IMG/VR virus record: IMGVR_UViG_3300025383_000010
Source: a virus
Strand: one strand, 5' to 3'
Length of the DNA: 64,000 nt
A model generated the notes under the pieces. That model was not told the origin of the DNA. It did no database searches and saw only the letters and a program-made list of their open reading frames with translations. Shown here piece after piece: positions 48,886 through 58,466 of the stretch (position 1 is its first letter; each line of letters opens with the position of its first letter). Made by a program: the position numbers and the translations under genes.

Positions 48886-49194
48886 ATGGCAAATGCAGAA
48901 GTCGGAACCAAGATCAGGCCAAACCTTGCTCTCAAAGAGCCGCCGTTGTTCAAGGTAATCTATATCAATGACGATCATACTTCAATGGAGTTTGTGGTCA
49001 GTTCACTGATTGAATATTTCAACTACAATCCTGACACTGCCACCCAGATTACAGTTGACGTTCACGAAAACGGAAGCGCAATCGTAGCAGTATTGCCCTA
49101 TGAGATTGCGGAACAGAAAGGTATTGAAGTTACCCTTGATGCTCGTGCCCAGGGCTACCCGCTTCAAGTTAAGGTTGAAGCTGAATCAAATTAA
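48886..49194 (+). CDS. clpS: ClpS adaptor
   Basis: FKVIYINDDHTSMEFV, VHENG, YEIAEQK and YPL. Confidence 0.92.
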   Translation: MANAEVGTKIRPNLALKEPPLFKVIYINDDHTSMEFVVSSLIEYFNYNPDTATQITVDVHENGSAIVAVLPYEIAEQKGIEVTLDARAQGYPLQVKVEAESN

Positions 49195-49884
49195 AATTGT
49201 GAGACGCTTGGGCCAGTAGGGCGCATTTACTGGCCGAGGGTTGTTCATATAGTTGATATTACCTAAATAAGTATCAACTGGCTTATCGTAGGTGCCAAAC
49301 AACCAATGCGATACTTTATGTTCGGTATCCGCATCTAATACATCGCATAATGGTGTTTGGTCCTCGATATAGCCCGGATTCTCTTTAAAATATAGATCAG
49401 CATGTGGTACTGCGTTTGATACTACAATGATCTTCTTGACATCCAAATGACGCTGTAACTTGGATATTGAAGTGCGAAGATAGTAAGTATCTTCGTGCCT
49501 TGCTACAGTTTCAAGTATATTTTCAATTGTATGATTGTTTCCTACATTGCTCCAGCCATTGATGCCCGTGATAGCCACGCCATCAATAACAGCAACATGC
49601 TGGTGCAACATACATACGTTAGGGATAGCTTGTGCTATCTCAATAAGTTGCTGTAAACGTTCAGGGATACTATCCGCAGTTTCATATTCAAGCATACCCG
49701 GAACATAGAACACACCTTGATATATCTTTGAAAGGTGAATCAATGTTTGTGCGATAGTTCTAACATTAGAACTAATGTTGCCAGTGAGTATGCAGTAGAG
49801 ACTTGTTTGCTTGTTTTCCCAATTAAAACTGTCATTGGAAGACAGGTTCAAATCACCTAGAATATCAAAACCAATTTCTTGCAT
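49186..49884 (-). CDS. Calcineurin-like metallophosphoesterase fold with degenerate metal ligands
   Basis: GDLN, LTGNI, YVPGMLEY, VVSNAVP and WLFGT; motif order is canonical. Confidence 0.6.
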   Translation of the reverse strand: MQEIGFDILGDLNLSSNDSFNWENKQTSLYCILTGNISSNVRTIAQTLIHLSKIYQGVFYVPGMLEYETADSIPERLQQLIEIAQAIPNVCMLHQHVAVIDGVAITGINGWSNVGNNHTIENILETVARHEDTYYLRTSISKLQRHLDVKKIIVVSNAVPHADLYFKENPGYIEDQTPLCDVLDADTEHKVSHWLFGTYDKPVDTYLGNINYMNNPRPVNAPYWPKRLTILI

Positions 49885-50160
49885 TTACTTTGCAATTTTG
49901 ATGTTAGGCTTCTTAGCTCTTGTCTTCTTGACTTCTGCAACTACAGCTTCTTCTACAGCCTTAGCCTTCTTAGAAACTCTCTTAGCAGCAGCCTTAACCT
50001 TAGGTGCTTCTTCTGCCACTACAGCCTTTACTTTAGTTTCAGCAACTTCAACTTTAGCTTCAACTGCTGCTACTTCTACTTCTGCTTCCTTAACAGTCTT
50101 TACGACAGCGGGAGCAAACACATTCTTGATCATATTGACCAATGTTGAAAGAAACGACAT
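49885..50160 (-). CDS. Ala/Lys/Val-rich histone-like small protein
   Basis: AAGGAG RBS on the minus strand; low-complexity basic tail. Confidence 0.6.
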   Translation of the reverse strand: MSFLSTLVNMIKNVFAPAVVKTVKEAEVEVAAVEAKVEVAETKVKAVVAEEAPKVKAAAKRVSKKAKAVEEAVVAEVKKTRAKKPNIKIAK

Positions 50161-50230
50161 AATAATTCTCCTTTATTTGGGTTTCCATTTCTATTTATGA
50201 CGTTACCCATACCTAATGAATAAATACTAT

Positions 50231-51787
50231 ATGCGTGATATTTTAGACAAACTTGAGACATTAACGGAAAGCACAGGACTTGCTGGACGTAAACCCGGCG
50301 ATGTGTTCCGTAATCCAGATGGCGACGAAATCACTTTCAACACTATTGATTTCTATCCTGCTGCCGGTGGCACTATAGAACCAGAAAAACTTGATATGAT
50401 TCTTCGCCAAGCTGAATCCGAAACAGGTGGCATTCAATGGATGAATAAGCGTTCTGCCAGAACCGGCGGGTTCGCAATAGCATCATTCTCTACTCCAGAT
50501 GGTGAAGTATATTTTGGTAGATACCTAGAATCAATCAAGCCACAATCTACCGATAACTATGTCCCTAACCAAGTTGGCGACTATCGTTTTGCTGGTAAGG
50601 CAGCAGCTAAAGCACAAGCTGGATTAACCCCGCAAGACTTGCTCACTAACAAGATTGATCTATCAGCCGAAGATATTGTATCGCAGCTTGCAGAAAGTAT
50701 GGGCGAAGACAACCCATTGTATATAGTAGCATATAAACTTGCAAGTGGTGAGCCACTTCCAATGACTTTTGATGCACCAGAAGGTGTAAGTTTCAGTGCG
50801 TTTAGAGATTATTTCTGCGAGATACTACAACCCATTGCATTACAAACAGGTCAATACACTGGTAACGCAGGGGAAGCTGCTGAAATCTTCTTGGGCGGTA
50901 GCTATCAAGGAACACTAATCTCATTTGATGATACAAAGACCGCTGGCCTTAGCGATAGTATCATGACTAATGAAGAAGGCAAATATATCAAAGTTAGCAC
51001 AAAGGGCGGTAAGGGCGCCACTGCAAGTACATCAAACCTAGTTAATAGCATTGATGAGTTGGCACAGACTCCAAATGGACAGAAGCTAATGATGAAGTAT
51101 GCTGACACCATTGAAATGATGAGAGAAATTCAAAAGCAAGGTCAAGCAGGTGCTCCTCTCTATCTAGGTGTGAAGTATGATATTATTGATGAAGAAGATG
51201 CAGACCAGATACGTGATCTAAAAAAGACTGGTCCGGTACCAATGGACAAGATTAGCTCACTGGGACTAACTGATAACTTAGAGAAACTAGCACACAGTCG
51301 TAAGACAGATAATCCAAGTAGTGTCAATCTTTATTATCACTTGATGGCTGCGGTTGCACACAAGGCAGCAGCAGAGGTCAATGAAAATACTGATTTTAGT
51401 AACGCCGCTGCTGACATTCTTAACAACGGAGCATTAGTTCAAGTTTATACTAAGGCAAAAGAATCCAGCGGTAAATGGATATTGAATGAGTTTGATACTG
51501 AATACCCCGGGAAAAGTACCAAGGGTGTATACCTGAGTGCAGGCAAAACATATTACAGCACTGGTATTAAGGGCAACTTCACATTCAAGATTGATAGAGG
51601 TCAGGGTAAGCCCAAGGATGATGAAGGAACCAATGAACCTACCGTAAGAGCAAAGCGCATACCAACTGAAAAAGAGTTTACTAAGAAGGCAGCAGATATT
51701 GCTTCGGGTAGACAAAAGAACACTGCATTTGATCGCACCGAAACTGGTGCTGGCGCAGTTGGTAGAGAAAAAAGAACAGTTCGGTAA
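50231..51787 (+). CDS. Large late protein, possible head protein with a PD-(D/E)xK-like core
   Basis: Leaderless after TAAATA; LSDS..KVSTKGG. Confidence 0.6.
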   Translation: MRDILDKLETLTESTGLAGRKPGDVFRNPDGDEITFNTIDFYPAAGGTIEPEKLDMILRQAESETGGIQWMNKRSARTGGFAIASFSTPDGEVYFGRYLESIKPQSTDNYVPNQVGDYRFAGKAAAKAQAGLTPQDLLTNKIDLSAEDIVSQLAESMGEDNPLYIVAYKLASGEPLPMTFDAPEGVSFSAFRDYFCEILQPIALQTGQYTGNAGEAAEIFLGGSYQGTLISFDDTKTAGLSDSIMTNEEGKYIKVSTKGGKGATASTSNLVNSIDELAQTPNGQKLMMKYADTIEMMREIQKQGQAGAPLYLGVKYDIIDEEDADQIRDLKKTGPVPMDKISSLGLTDNLEKLAHSRKTDNPSSVNLYYHLMAAVAHKAAAEVNENTDFSNAAADILNNGALVQVYTKAKESSGKWILNEFDTEYPGKSTKGVYLSAGKTYYSTGIKGNFTFKIDRGQGKPKDDEGTNEPTVRAKRIPTEKEFTKKAADIASGRQKNTAFDRTETGAGAVGREKRTVR

Positions 51788-51788
51788 C

Positions 51789-52571
51789 CTAAACTAATTT
51801 AGCAAGCCACCCTCCCTTATACGGTCGGTTGGTCTTAGCCGTAGTGATCAAGTTTGCGTAGGACAATCCATTTTCGGAACAAAACGATTTTAATTCACGA
51901 CTATACATTTGAAAGACGGAGCTATCGGGGCGCATTATTTCGTAGAGCTTTCTTTGGGCAAGATAGAATTTCTCTTTAGCAACCTCAGACCTGGTATTGT
52001 TTTTTCGCTGAGCCTCACTCATATTAGCCTTTGCTTGTTCTGAACGTTTTCTACCCGTCCTAGCAGCCCTGTGTTTTTCCATTCTCTCGGTATCATGTTT
52101 CCAAGTCTGACCTTTGCGTGAATTTGATATTTTAGCGCGAACCTCAGGCCTCTTTGCTGGGTTTTTATCACCTTTCATGTTTTCACTTAGTTGTAAGTAA
52201 TATGCTTCGTCTCGGTTTTTATGCCACACCTCACTCATTTTTTTCTTAGTTTCGTCCGATCGCCGGATACCTAAAGGAGTATACGCATTGGGGGCTATGT
52301 TAAACCCTTGGTTGTTGATCCATGGAAACGGTTGAAGTTGATCAAGGTAGAATTGTTCTCTTTCCTGTAATATCTCTTTGGTTGGGGAGCAGATTTCTAT
52401 TATCTCAAACTCAAAAGCATCCTTACCATATTTTTCTATCGCCTTACCTATAACTTGCTCCTGGCGAGTAGTATGCTCTACCCATCTTCCGTGAATATCA
52501 GCCGAACTACCTATGTAGATTCTACCGTCTGCCACCAATGTTATCTTATAAACTCCCGAAACTATTGACAT
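51789..52571 (-). CDS. Free-standing GIY-YIG homing endonuclease (Seg-like, NUMOD3)
   Basis: GVYKIT..IYIGSS..R, EREQFYLD, GFNI and RSDETKKKMS. Confidence 0.88.
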   Translation of the reverse strand: MSIVSGVYKITLVADGRIYIGSSADIHGRWVEHTTRQEQVIGKAIEKYGKDAFEFEIIEICSPTKEILQEREQFYLDQLQPFPWINNQGFNIAPNAYTPLGIRRSDETKKKMSEVWHKNRDEAYYLQLSENMKGDKNPAKRPEVRAKISNSRKGQTWKHDTERMEKHRAARTGRKRSEQAKANMSEAQRKNNTRSEVAKEKFYLAQRKLYEIMRPDSSVFQMYSRELKSFCSENGLSYANLITTAKTNRPYKGGWLAKLV

Positions 52572-52672
52572 TTGAAACTTCCTGTTATATACTTCAATTC
52601 TCAAGACTGTCTTGAGTGTAACAGTATTTATCTTTTACAACACAATCTTTAAGAAAGCGAGTAATTTATCTT

Positions 52673-53260
52673 ATGTTAGTCCCAATGGTAATTCAGAACA
52701 CGTCCAAGGGCGAACGGGCGATGGACATTCAATCAAGGCTGTTACAGGATCGTGTCATTTTGCTTGAGGGTGAAGTCCACGACCAGATGGCTAATCTTAT
52801 CGTAGCACAGTTGCTTTATCTTGAGAGTGAGAATCCTGATGCTGACATTTCACTCTACATCAACAGCCCGGGCGGCAGTGTTACTGCTGGTATGGCGATT
52901 TATGATACCATGCAGTTCATCAAGCCCGACATTACTACTATCGTGATGGGTCAGGCATGTTCAATGGGATCGTTTCTTGCTCAAGCAGGTGCACCCGGCA
53001 AGCGTCTTATGCTTCCTTATGCACGACACATGATTCACCAGCCCAGTGGTGGCGCTCGTGGTATGGCAAGTGATATTGAGATTTCTTACAAGGAAATCAT
53101 GCATATCAAGCGTACTCTTACCGAACTGTATGTCAAGCATAACAGCAAGGGCAAGACTTACGAGGAGTTTGAGCGTGACATGGATCGTGATACTTTCATG
53201 AGTGCCCAAGAAGCTCTTGATTATGGATTGATTGATAAGATCGTTACCAAGCGTGACTGA
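52673..53260 (+). CDS. clpP: ClpP protease
   Basis: [27 protein letters not shown] and YGLID. Confidence 0.96.
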   Translation: MLVPMVIQNTSKGERAMDIQSRLLQDRVILLEGEVHDQMANLIVAQLLYLESENPDADISLYINSPGGSVTAGMAIYDTMQFIKPDITTIVMGQACSMGSFLAQAGAPGKRLMLPYARHMIHQPSGGARGMASDIEISYKEIMHIKRTLTELYVKHNSKGKTYEEFERDMDRDTFMSAQEALDYGLIDKIVTKRD

Positions 53261-53397
53261 TAAAAACTCTTACTGGGATAAGCCTGCCACAAAGGGGGAT
53301 TATATCCTTGGATTTACAGTCATAGTGTTAACGATGATCTTAGGATTTACATTTTTATTGTAACGTAATAAATACTACTTTAATAGGGAGGATTTTT

Positions 53398-53601
53398 ATG
53401 ATGAACTCATATCGCACTGTGTATAAGCAAGCGTCTCCCGGATCTAGTAAAGAACTAGATTATGTAGTAAACATTTACCACAATGGTAAGTTTAAGTTTG
53501 CATATCGTTACGAAGACTGGACCGAAGACGCTGTATCCAATGAGGTCAGTCTTCTAAGGTCTAGGTTCTCTGACACTAACGGTTTCATAGTCAAGTGGTA
53601 A
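53398..53601 (+). CDS. Hypothetical protein
   Basis: GGAGG RBS after TAAATA. Confidence 0.5.
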   Translation: MMNSYRTVYKQASPGSSKELDYVVNIYHNGKFKFAYRYEDWTEDAVSNEVSLLRSRFSDTNGFIVKW

Positions 53602-53607
53602 AAACTG

Positions 53608-53641
53608 GTTGACACTATACATAAAATAATGTAGTGTCAAC
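53608..53641. promoter_or_regulatory. Symmetric (palindromic) sigma70-type promoter
   Basis: GTTGACACTA/TAGTGTCAAC inverted repeat gives TTGACA-17-TAGTGT on both strands. Confidence 0.55.
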
Positions 53642-53643
53642 TT

Positions 53644-54165
53644 ATGAACACGATTGTTGAACATCTTAAAGGTCGCCACATTGACCTTAATCTTCATCGT
53701 CCCATGATAGATGAAGATGAGCGAGTGGCGACCTTTTACCTTTACAATCAGAGTGGTTGTATCATCGGGTACCAGCAGTATCGTCCTGATGCTGATAAAA
53801 TGAAGAACAATCATCCCAAAGAGGCGCGCTACTTCACGTATCGCAAGCAGCCTACCCTCGCTGTATGGGGCTTAGAATCGCTTCATTTGACCCCTCACGT
53901 TGTCTTTCTGACAGAGGGTATCTTTGACGCTGCACGATTGACAGAGCGCGGATACAGCGCCCTAGCAGCATTGACGAACAACCCTACAAAGGACTTGCGT
54001 AACTGGTTGAGTATGCTCAATCGCAAAGTTGTAGCAGTGTGTGACAACGATGCTGCTGGTCGTAGGCTTGCTAAGTTTGGCGATGTTGCTGTATTTACAG
54101 AAGACAAAGACCTTGGTGAAGCTGATGATGAGTTTGTTACTGAACTGTTGAAAAAGTATGGCTAA
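53644..54165 (+). CDS. Stand-alone Toprim (primase-like) protein
   Basis: FLTEGIFDA, VCDNDAAG and KDLGE. Confidence 0.75.
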   Translation: MNTIVEHLKGRHIDLNLHRPMIDEDERVATFYLYNQSGCIIGYQQYRPDADKMKNNHPKEARYFTYRKQPTLAVWGLESLHLTPHVVFLTEGIFDAARLTERGYSALAALTNNPTKDLRNWLSMLNRKVVAVCDNDAAGRRLAKFGDVAVFTEDKDLGEADDEFVTELLKKYG

Positions 54166-54373
54166 AACCATTAACTTTGGAAGGCCGCCCGGAGAAACTG
54201 ACATTGCTTGGTTTGTGAAGAACATTGGGCCAAGAACTCATTACACCAAGTTTAGCATTGGTGGTAAAGGCTGGAGATTCACGTATGAGCAAGATAATCC
54301 ATGGTCTATCAAACATTGGAACTTGACGGTTGACGATGACAAGATGCTAACATATTATTTGTTGGTTAGGTGA
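54158..54373 (+). CDS. Small protein, distant WFxL-family member
   Basis: WFVKNIG..VDDDKMLTYYLL. Confidence 0.5.
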   Translation: MAKTINFGRPPGETDIAWFVKNIGPRTHYTKFSIGGKGWRFTYEQDNPWSIKHWNLTVDDDKMLTYYLLVR

Positions 54374-54381
54374 TTTTTTGG

Positions 54382-54410
54382 TTGACATTGGTGACCCATT
54401 TTGATATAAG
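54382..54410 (+). promoter_or_regulatory. Sigma70-type early promoter
   Basis: TTGACA-17-TATAAG, then ATAGCAAGGAGA as after the 41509 promoter. Confidence 0.75.
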
Positions 54411-54433
54411 AAGATATAGCAAGGAGACATTGA

Positions 54434-54712
54434 ATGACTAAGTTTGAAACTCTCTCGCACTTCGTTCTGACCCAGGCTGACAACGAGGAACTCAATACCC
54501 TCATTGAATATATCAAGATGCGCCGTCAGCAGATCACCAAGTCCAATGTTCGTTCTATCACGAAGGGTGCAAAGGTCACGTTCACTGACAAGCGTGGTAA
54601 GGTTTATAACGGCACTGTAATGGATGTCAAGATCAAGAACCTGGTCGTTGAAACGCAGCATGGTCGCTATCGTGTCCCTGCTAGCATGGTCAAGGTTGCT
54701 CAGGGAGCGTAA
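54434..54712 (+). CDS. SH3-like early protein
   Basis: AAGGAG RBS; GAKVTF..GTV..YRVPASM. Confidence 0.6.
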   Translation: MTKFETLSHFVLTQADNEELNTLIEYIKMRRQQITKSNVRSITKGAKVTFTDKRGKVYNGTVMDVKIKNLVVETQHGRYRVPASMVKVAQGA

Positions 54713-54965
54713 TATGAGTAACTGGCTTTATCTTGCAGGGAGTGCCTGCTTCGCACTCGGTACTATTCTCAATATGGTGAAGTGATATGCATTACCTTCA
54801 TTTATTTTTTGTTATTTTGTGTGGTTCGCTTTGCATTGCAAACATCGGATCCATGGTATATTACTGTCGCAAGTTTCCATTTGTAATTATTCTTAATGGT
54901 ATTGCTGCTGTCGTTACTGGCATTGCCACACTGATTAACTATTCCCAGCTTTAAGGAGAAATGAA

Positions 54966-55199
54966 ATGAAAGATATTATCAAGATTGTTTACGAAAACGT
55001 TTTTACCTTTAGCACTGCTATGATTCTGATTGTAGCAGCGTTTATATTTGCTCTGGTCGTCACGATTGATGCCGAAAATAAGCGTGAAGAACAGAATCGT
55101 CTATTGACAGAAGCCTGTTACAATCAGGGAATGGTCCCTGTTGATACAGAAGCGGGTAAGCGTTGTGCTACTCCGCAGTCTCTTATTAAGGTGAAGTAA
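54966..55199 (+). CDS. Small membrane protein
   Basis: RBS and TM segment. Confidence 0.5.
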   Translation: MKDIIKIVYENVFTFSTAMILIVAAFIFALVVTIDAENKREEQNRLLTEACYNQGMVPVDTEAGKRCATPQSLIKVK

Positions 55200-55592
55200 G
55201 ATGTTGGAACGTATTCTGTTTGCACTAGCTATGGCTATTGTGTGCGGTATCGGTTTTTATATGCCTGACTATGTTAAGGGAACACTTGACCGAGCCGACA
55301 TCGCTGTACCGATGATGGCATTTGTTGCTTCATTCATCACTATGAATGTTAGAGAGAAGTAATATGACAACACATAAAGTAAGGGTTGGTAATGCATTCT
55401 TATATTAGTATAGGAAACGATAATAAGCATTACTGGTGTATTGATTTTACAGACCAAGAACTTAAGATTTGGTATAATAACAAAGAGTTTATGGAGCGGA
55501 AGACTAAAGTATATCTTCCTAGCAAAGAAGAAATTATTGCCGCCTATCCGCACTTAGCAGAAGTATTATAATGTAGATTAGGGAGAAGTAAT

Positions 55593-55865
55593 ATGGCAAC
55601 ACATAAAGTAAAGAGTTGGACGGCATTCTTTCAGGCATTCAAGACTGGTGCTAAGAAGCATGATATGCGAGACTTGAAGGATCGTGACTATAAGGTTGGA
55701 GACATTCTCATCCTGCAGGAATATGATCCGTTCAAGGGTGAATATACTGGTGAAGAACTGACTCGTCAAATCACTTACATTACCTCGCGTGATACGCCCT
55801 GTGCGTTTTCGTCAGCGGCACTTGATCGTGACTACTGCATTCTTTCTCTCGGTGAGGTAGAATAA
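55593..55865 (+). CDS. ASCH/DUF3850-like domain protein
   Basis: HKVK..F..GAKKHDMR..DRDYKVGDILILQEY. Confidence 0.8.
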   Translation: MATHKVKSWTAFFQAFKTGAKKHDMRDLKDRDYKVGDILILQEYDPFKGEYTGEELTRQITYITSRDTPCAFSSAALDRDYCILSLGEVE

Positions 55866-55952
55866 AAATCGTACCTGAGGTCATTTTTTGGTTGACTTCG
55901 GGTACCTTTTTGTGTAGAGTGAATCATAAGCTGAGAAAACGGAGTTACGAAA

Positions 55953-56228
55953 ATGATCTACACTCTCAAGATTTATCGTCTCGACAAGCGTTGCAAGACT
56001 GGCGAACGTTTCATCAAGTCCTACGAGTTTGACCGCAAGGATGATGATGCGATGAAGCGTGAAGTCAACGCTCTCCGTGGTTGCGGCTATTGGGACACTC
56101 ACTATCGCATTGAGTTCGCCCCCAAGTACAAGACTGTTCACAATCTGATGACTGGTAAGGAAATTCAGATTGCTACTGATACTCCCCGCTGCTGCGACCC
56201 GTCTTCTGAATCTTATTGGAGCATGTAA
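55953..56228 (+). CDS. Hypothetical early protein
   Basis: Promoter and RBS upstream; NLMTG..DTP.CCDPS.E.YWSM. Confidence 0.7.
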   Translation: MIYTLKIYRLDKRCKTGERFIKSYEFDRKDDDAMKREVNALRGCGYWDTHYRIEFAPKYKTVHNLMTGKEIQIATDTPRCCDPSSESYWSM

Positions 56229-56638
56229 AATGGATATTGACCGCGCAACGCATATCGTCAACAAGATGGTCAAGGAACGCTATTCCACGGTTGACAAGGT
56301 TCTCGCAGAATTTCTCAAGTACAATAAGAATGGTGAATGCCAGCATTTCTGGCCTGATGAAAACACTGCTTGCAAGGTGCTGATTGCGCGCAGGGTATCA
56401 AAGTGATCATTAAAATCAAAGGTATTACTAATCACGGTAAGAATCGCATTCGTGAACATGGCGAAGAGTGGCGCGTGATTGAACCTATGGTCACTCCTAA
56501 GCCTGCACAGCTTTTCATTGAAAGCGTTAAGACCGGGGATCGGCGGTGGCTAAATCACAACTTTGAGATTGTGCAATGATGCACTATACAATTCCCGGCG
56601 GGGCTACGCGAAACTATAGTAACACAAAGGAAAGTAAT

Positions 56639-56860
56639 ATGGAAACTATTGTTAAGATTGTCGGGGCTATTGTTCTCGGCGTAGTGGGTATCGTTACTGT
56701 CGGTCTCCTCATGAGTCTGCCGGTTATGTGGCTTTGGAACGGTGCCCTCGTTCCTGCTGTGAGTGGATTGCATGAGATTGGTTGGCTCCAGGCTTGGGGA
56801 GTCATGATTCTGTGCGGTATGCTTTTTAAGGGCAACAGCACTAGCACTTCGTCTAACTAA
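56639..56860 (+). CDS. Membrane protein
   Basis: AAGGA RBS; MWLWN..IGWLQAWG. Confidence 0.6.
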   Translation: METIVKIVGAIVLGVVGIVTVGLLMSLPVMWLWNGALVPAVSGLHEIGWLQAWGVMILCGMLFKGNSTSTSSN

Positions 56861-56872
56861 AGGAAATTAAAC

Positions 56873-57505
56873 ATGTTTAAGAAGTTTACTATTGGTCTTA
56901 TGGCTGCGCTTCTTGTTGCTCAGCCTGCATTTGCTGGCCGTTTCGGCGGTGGGGGCGGAGGCGGCTTCCATAGTTCTAGCTCTAGCTCCTCTCGTAGCTT
57001 TAGCTCTAGCTCTAGCTATCGTCCTACTTCCAGCTATACTCGTCCTGCTGCAACTACTCCCGCGCGTTTCAGCAACACTAGCTCTGGCTATAGCTACAAG
57101 CCCGCACAGACTCGGGTAGTCTCTCGTCCTGCATATACTAGCGGATATAATGGCGGGTATCGTTCTGCCCCTGTAGTACAGAATCACTATTATGGTGGTG
57201 GATACGGCGGCGGCTATGGTGGCGGCTTCACTTCTAGCCCGTTCTTCTGGCTGTGGATGTTTGATCATAATCGTCAGCAGGCTCCGGTAGTTGTTCAGAA
57301 TGGTGGTGGCTATGCTCCTCAGGCTCAGGTTATGCCTCAGGGTGACCCTGGTCAGGTGCAGTATGCTCAGGGTCCTCAGAGTCAGGGTCCTGGATTCTTT
57401 GGTATGATCTTTTATGGTCTGCTCAATCTTGTCATCCTGATCCTCGTGATCACTGCTATCGTTTGGATCGTTATCAAGATCCGCAAGATGCTTAAGGGCG
57501 AGTAA
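56873..57505 (+). CDS. Gly/Ser-rich secreted, membrane-anchored protein
   Basis: Signal peptide, GGG/SSS tracts and C-terminal TM. Confidence 0.7.
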   Translation: MFKKFTIGLMAALLVAQPAFAGRFGGGGGGGFHSSSSSSSRSFSSSSSYRPTSSYTRPAATTPARFSNTSSGYSYKPAQTRVVSRPAYTSGYNGGYRSAPVVQNHYYGGGYGGGYGGGFTSSPFFWLWMFDHNRQQAPVVVQNGGGYAPQAQVMPQGDPGQVQYAQGPQSQGPGFFGMIFYGLLNLVILILVITAIVWIVIKIRKMLKGE

Positions 57506-57832
57506 GGTGTTTAAAAATGGTGATTTAGCTAGGGTAAATATTCCAGGAAGCTCAATCAATGGGCTTCTAGCAAAAGTCATTGGAATACACACTAAACTTC
57601 CGGTAGTAAACAGTGTTTACATTGTTCTTTTAATGGATGACCATAACGAAGAATGGGATGCATTCACTGTACCGGAAGGGCACCTAATTAAAGTGGAGAA
57701 TTGATATGCTTTGCACTAATCTTGGAACTGTAGTAGAGTACAACATCATCAGTTTTGTTGCTGGCGTCGTACTCACTACGATCTTCTTCGTTCGCTTTAT
57801 GATCAAGCATCGTAAGCATAAGGAAAATAACA

Positions 57833-58111
57833 ATGCTGCCTAAGTATCCTATCAACAAGCGCCCTCTCACTAACAAGAGTGCCCTGAGAACTCCAGCTTC
57901 TACTAATCGTCGTATCACGACTAGTAACTATTCTAGCGATAGCAGCGACGATGGTTCCGATGTTCTCGGTGCTATTGTCACGGCTGAAATCATCAGCAGC
58001 GCACTTGATTCGTCTAGCTCGTATGATAGTGGTTCATCCAGTGACAGTTATAGCGGATTTGATGGCGGTGGCGGTAGCTTTGATGGTGGTGGCGCATCGG
58101 GCGATTGGTAA
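57833..58111 (+). CDS. Ser/Gly-rich protein with GGGSFDGGGASGDW tail
   Basis: AAGGA RBS; the tail resembles that of TPM-domain proteins. Confidence 0.6.
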   Translation: MLPKYPINKRPLTNKSALRTPASTNRRITTSNYSSDSSDDGSDVLGAIVTAEIISSALDSSSSYDSGSSSDSYSGFDGGGGSFDGGGASGDW

Positions 58112-58226
58112 GGAATAAAACAATGAAGCACGATCTTTTCATTATTGGCTGTTTCATGCTTGGTTGGATCGCATATGATTTAATCAAAGTCAGCATTCGG
58201 CGTTTTAAGAAGTAAGGAGAAAAACA

Positions 58227-58454
58227 ATGAAGTATGATGGTCTATTGACTGATTTTAATAACATTCGTGAAACCCAGGTCTACGCTGTGGGCAAGGTGAT
58301 TGACGAAGCAGAGAACTACATCACATATCTTGAAAAGCGTGATGATACCCTCAGTAACATTCTCAAGTATCTTGACGAGCTTGATAGTTCTGGCAAGACT
58401 GAAACCAAACAGGAAATCCTTGACGCGATTTTCAAGTTGGTTCCTCAGGAATAA
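58227..58454 (+). CDS. Hypothetical protein
   Basis: AAGGAG RBS. Confidence 0.55.
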   Translation: MKYDGLLTDFNNIRETQVYAVGKVIDEAENYITYLEKRDDTLSNILKYLDELDSSGKTETKQEILDAIFKLVPQE

Positions 58455-58466
58455 AGGTTAATCAAT

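Noticed and set aside
47050-53260. Bacterial chromosome or host contamination suggested by clpX, clpP, dps and folE
   Set aside because: These genes are interleaved with phage PolB, rnh, Seg-like endonucleases and T4-type late promoters, with no obvious change in composition.
13504-57592. Long minus-strand ORFs such as 13504-14151, 34471-35166 and 56867-57592
   Set aside because: They are antisense shadows of well-supported + strand genes with biased codon use, and lack an RBS or recognisable motifs.
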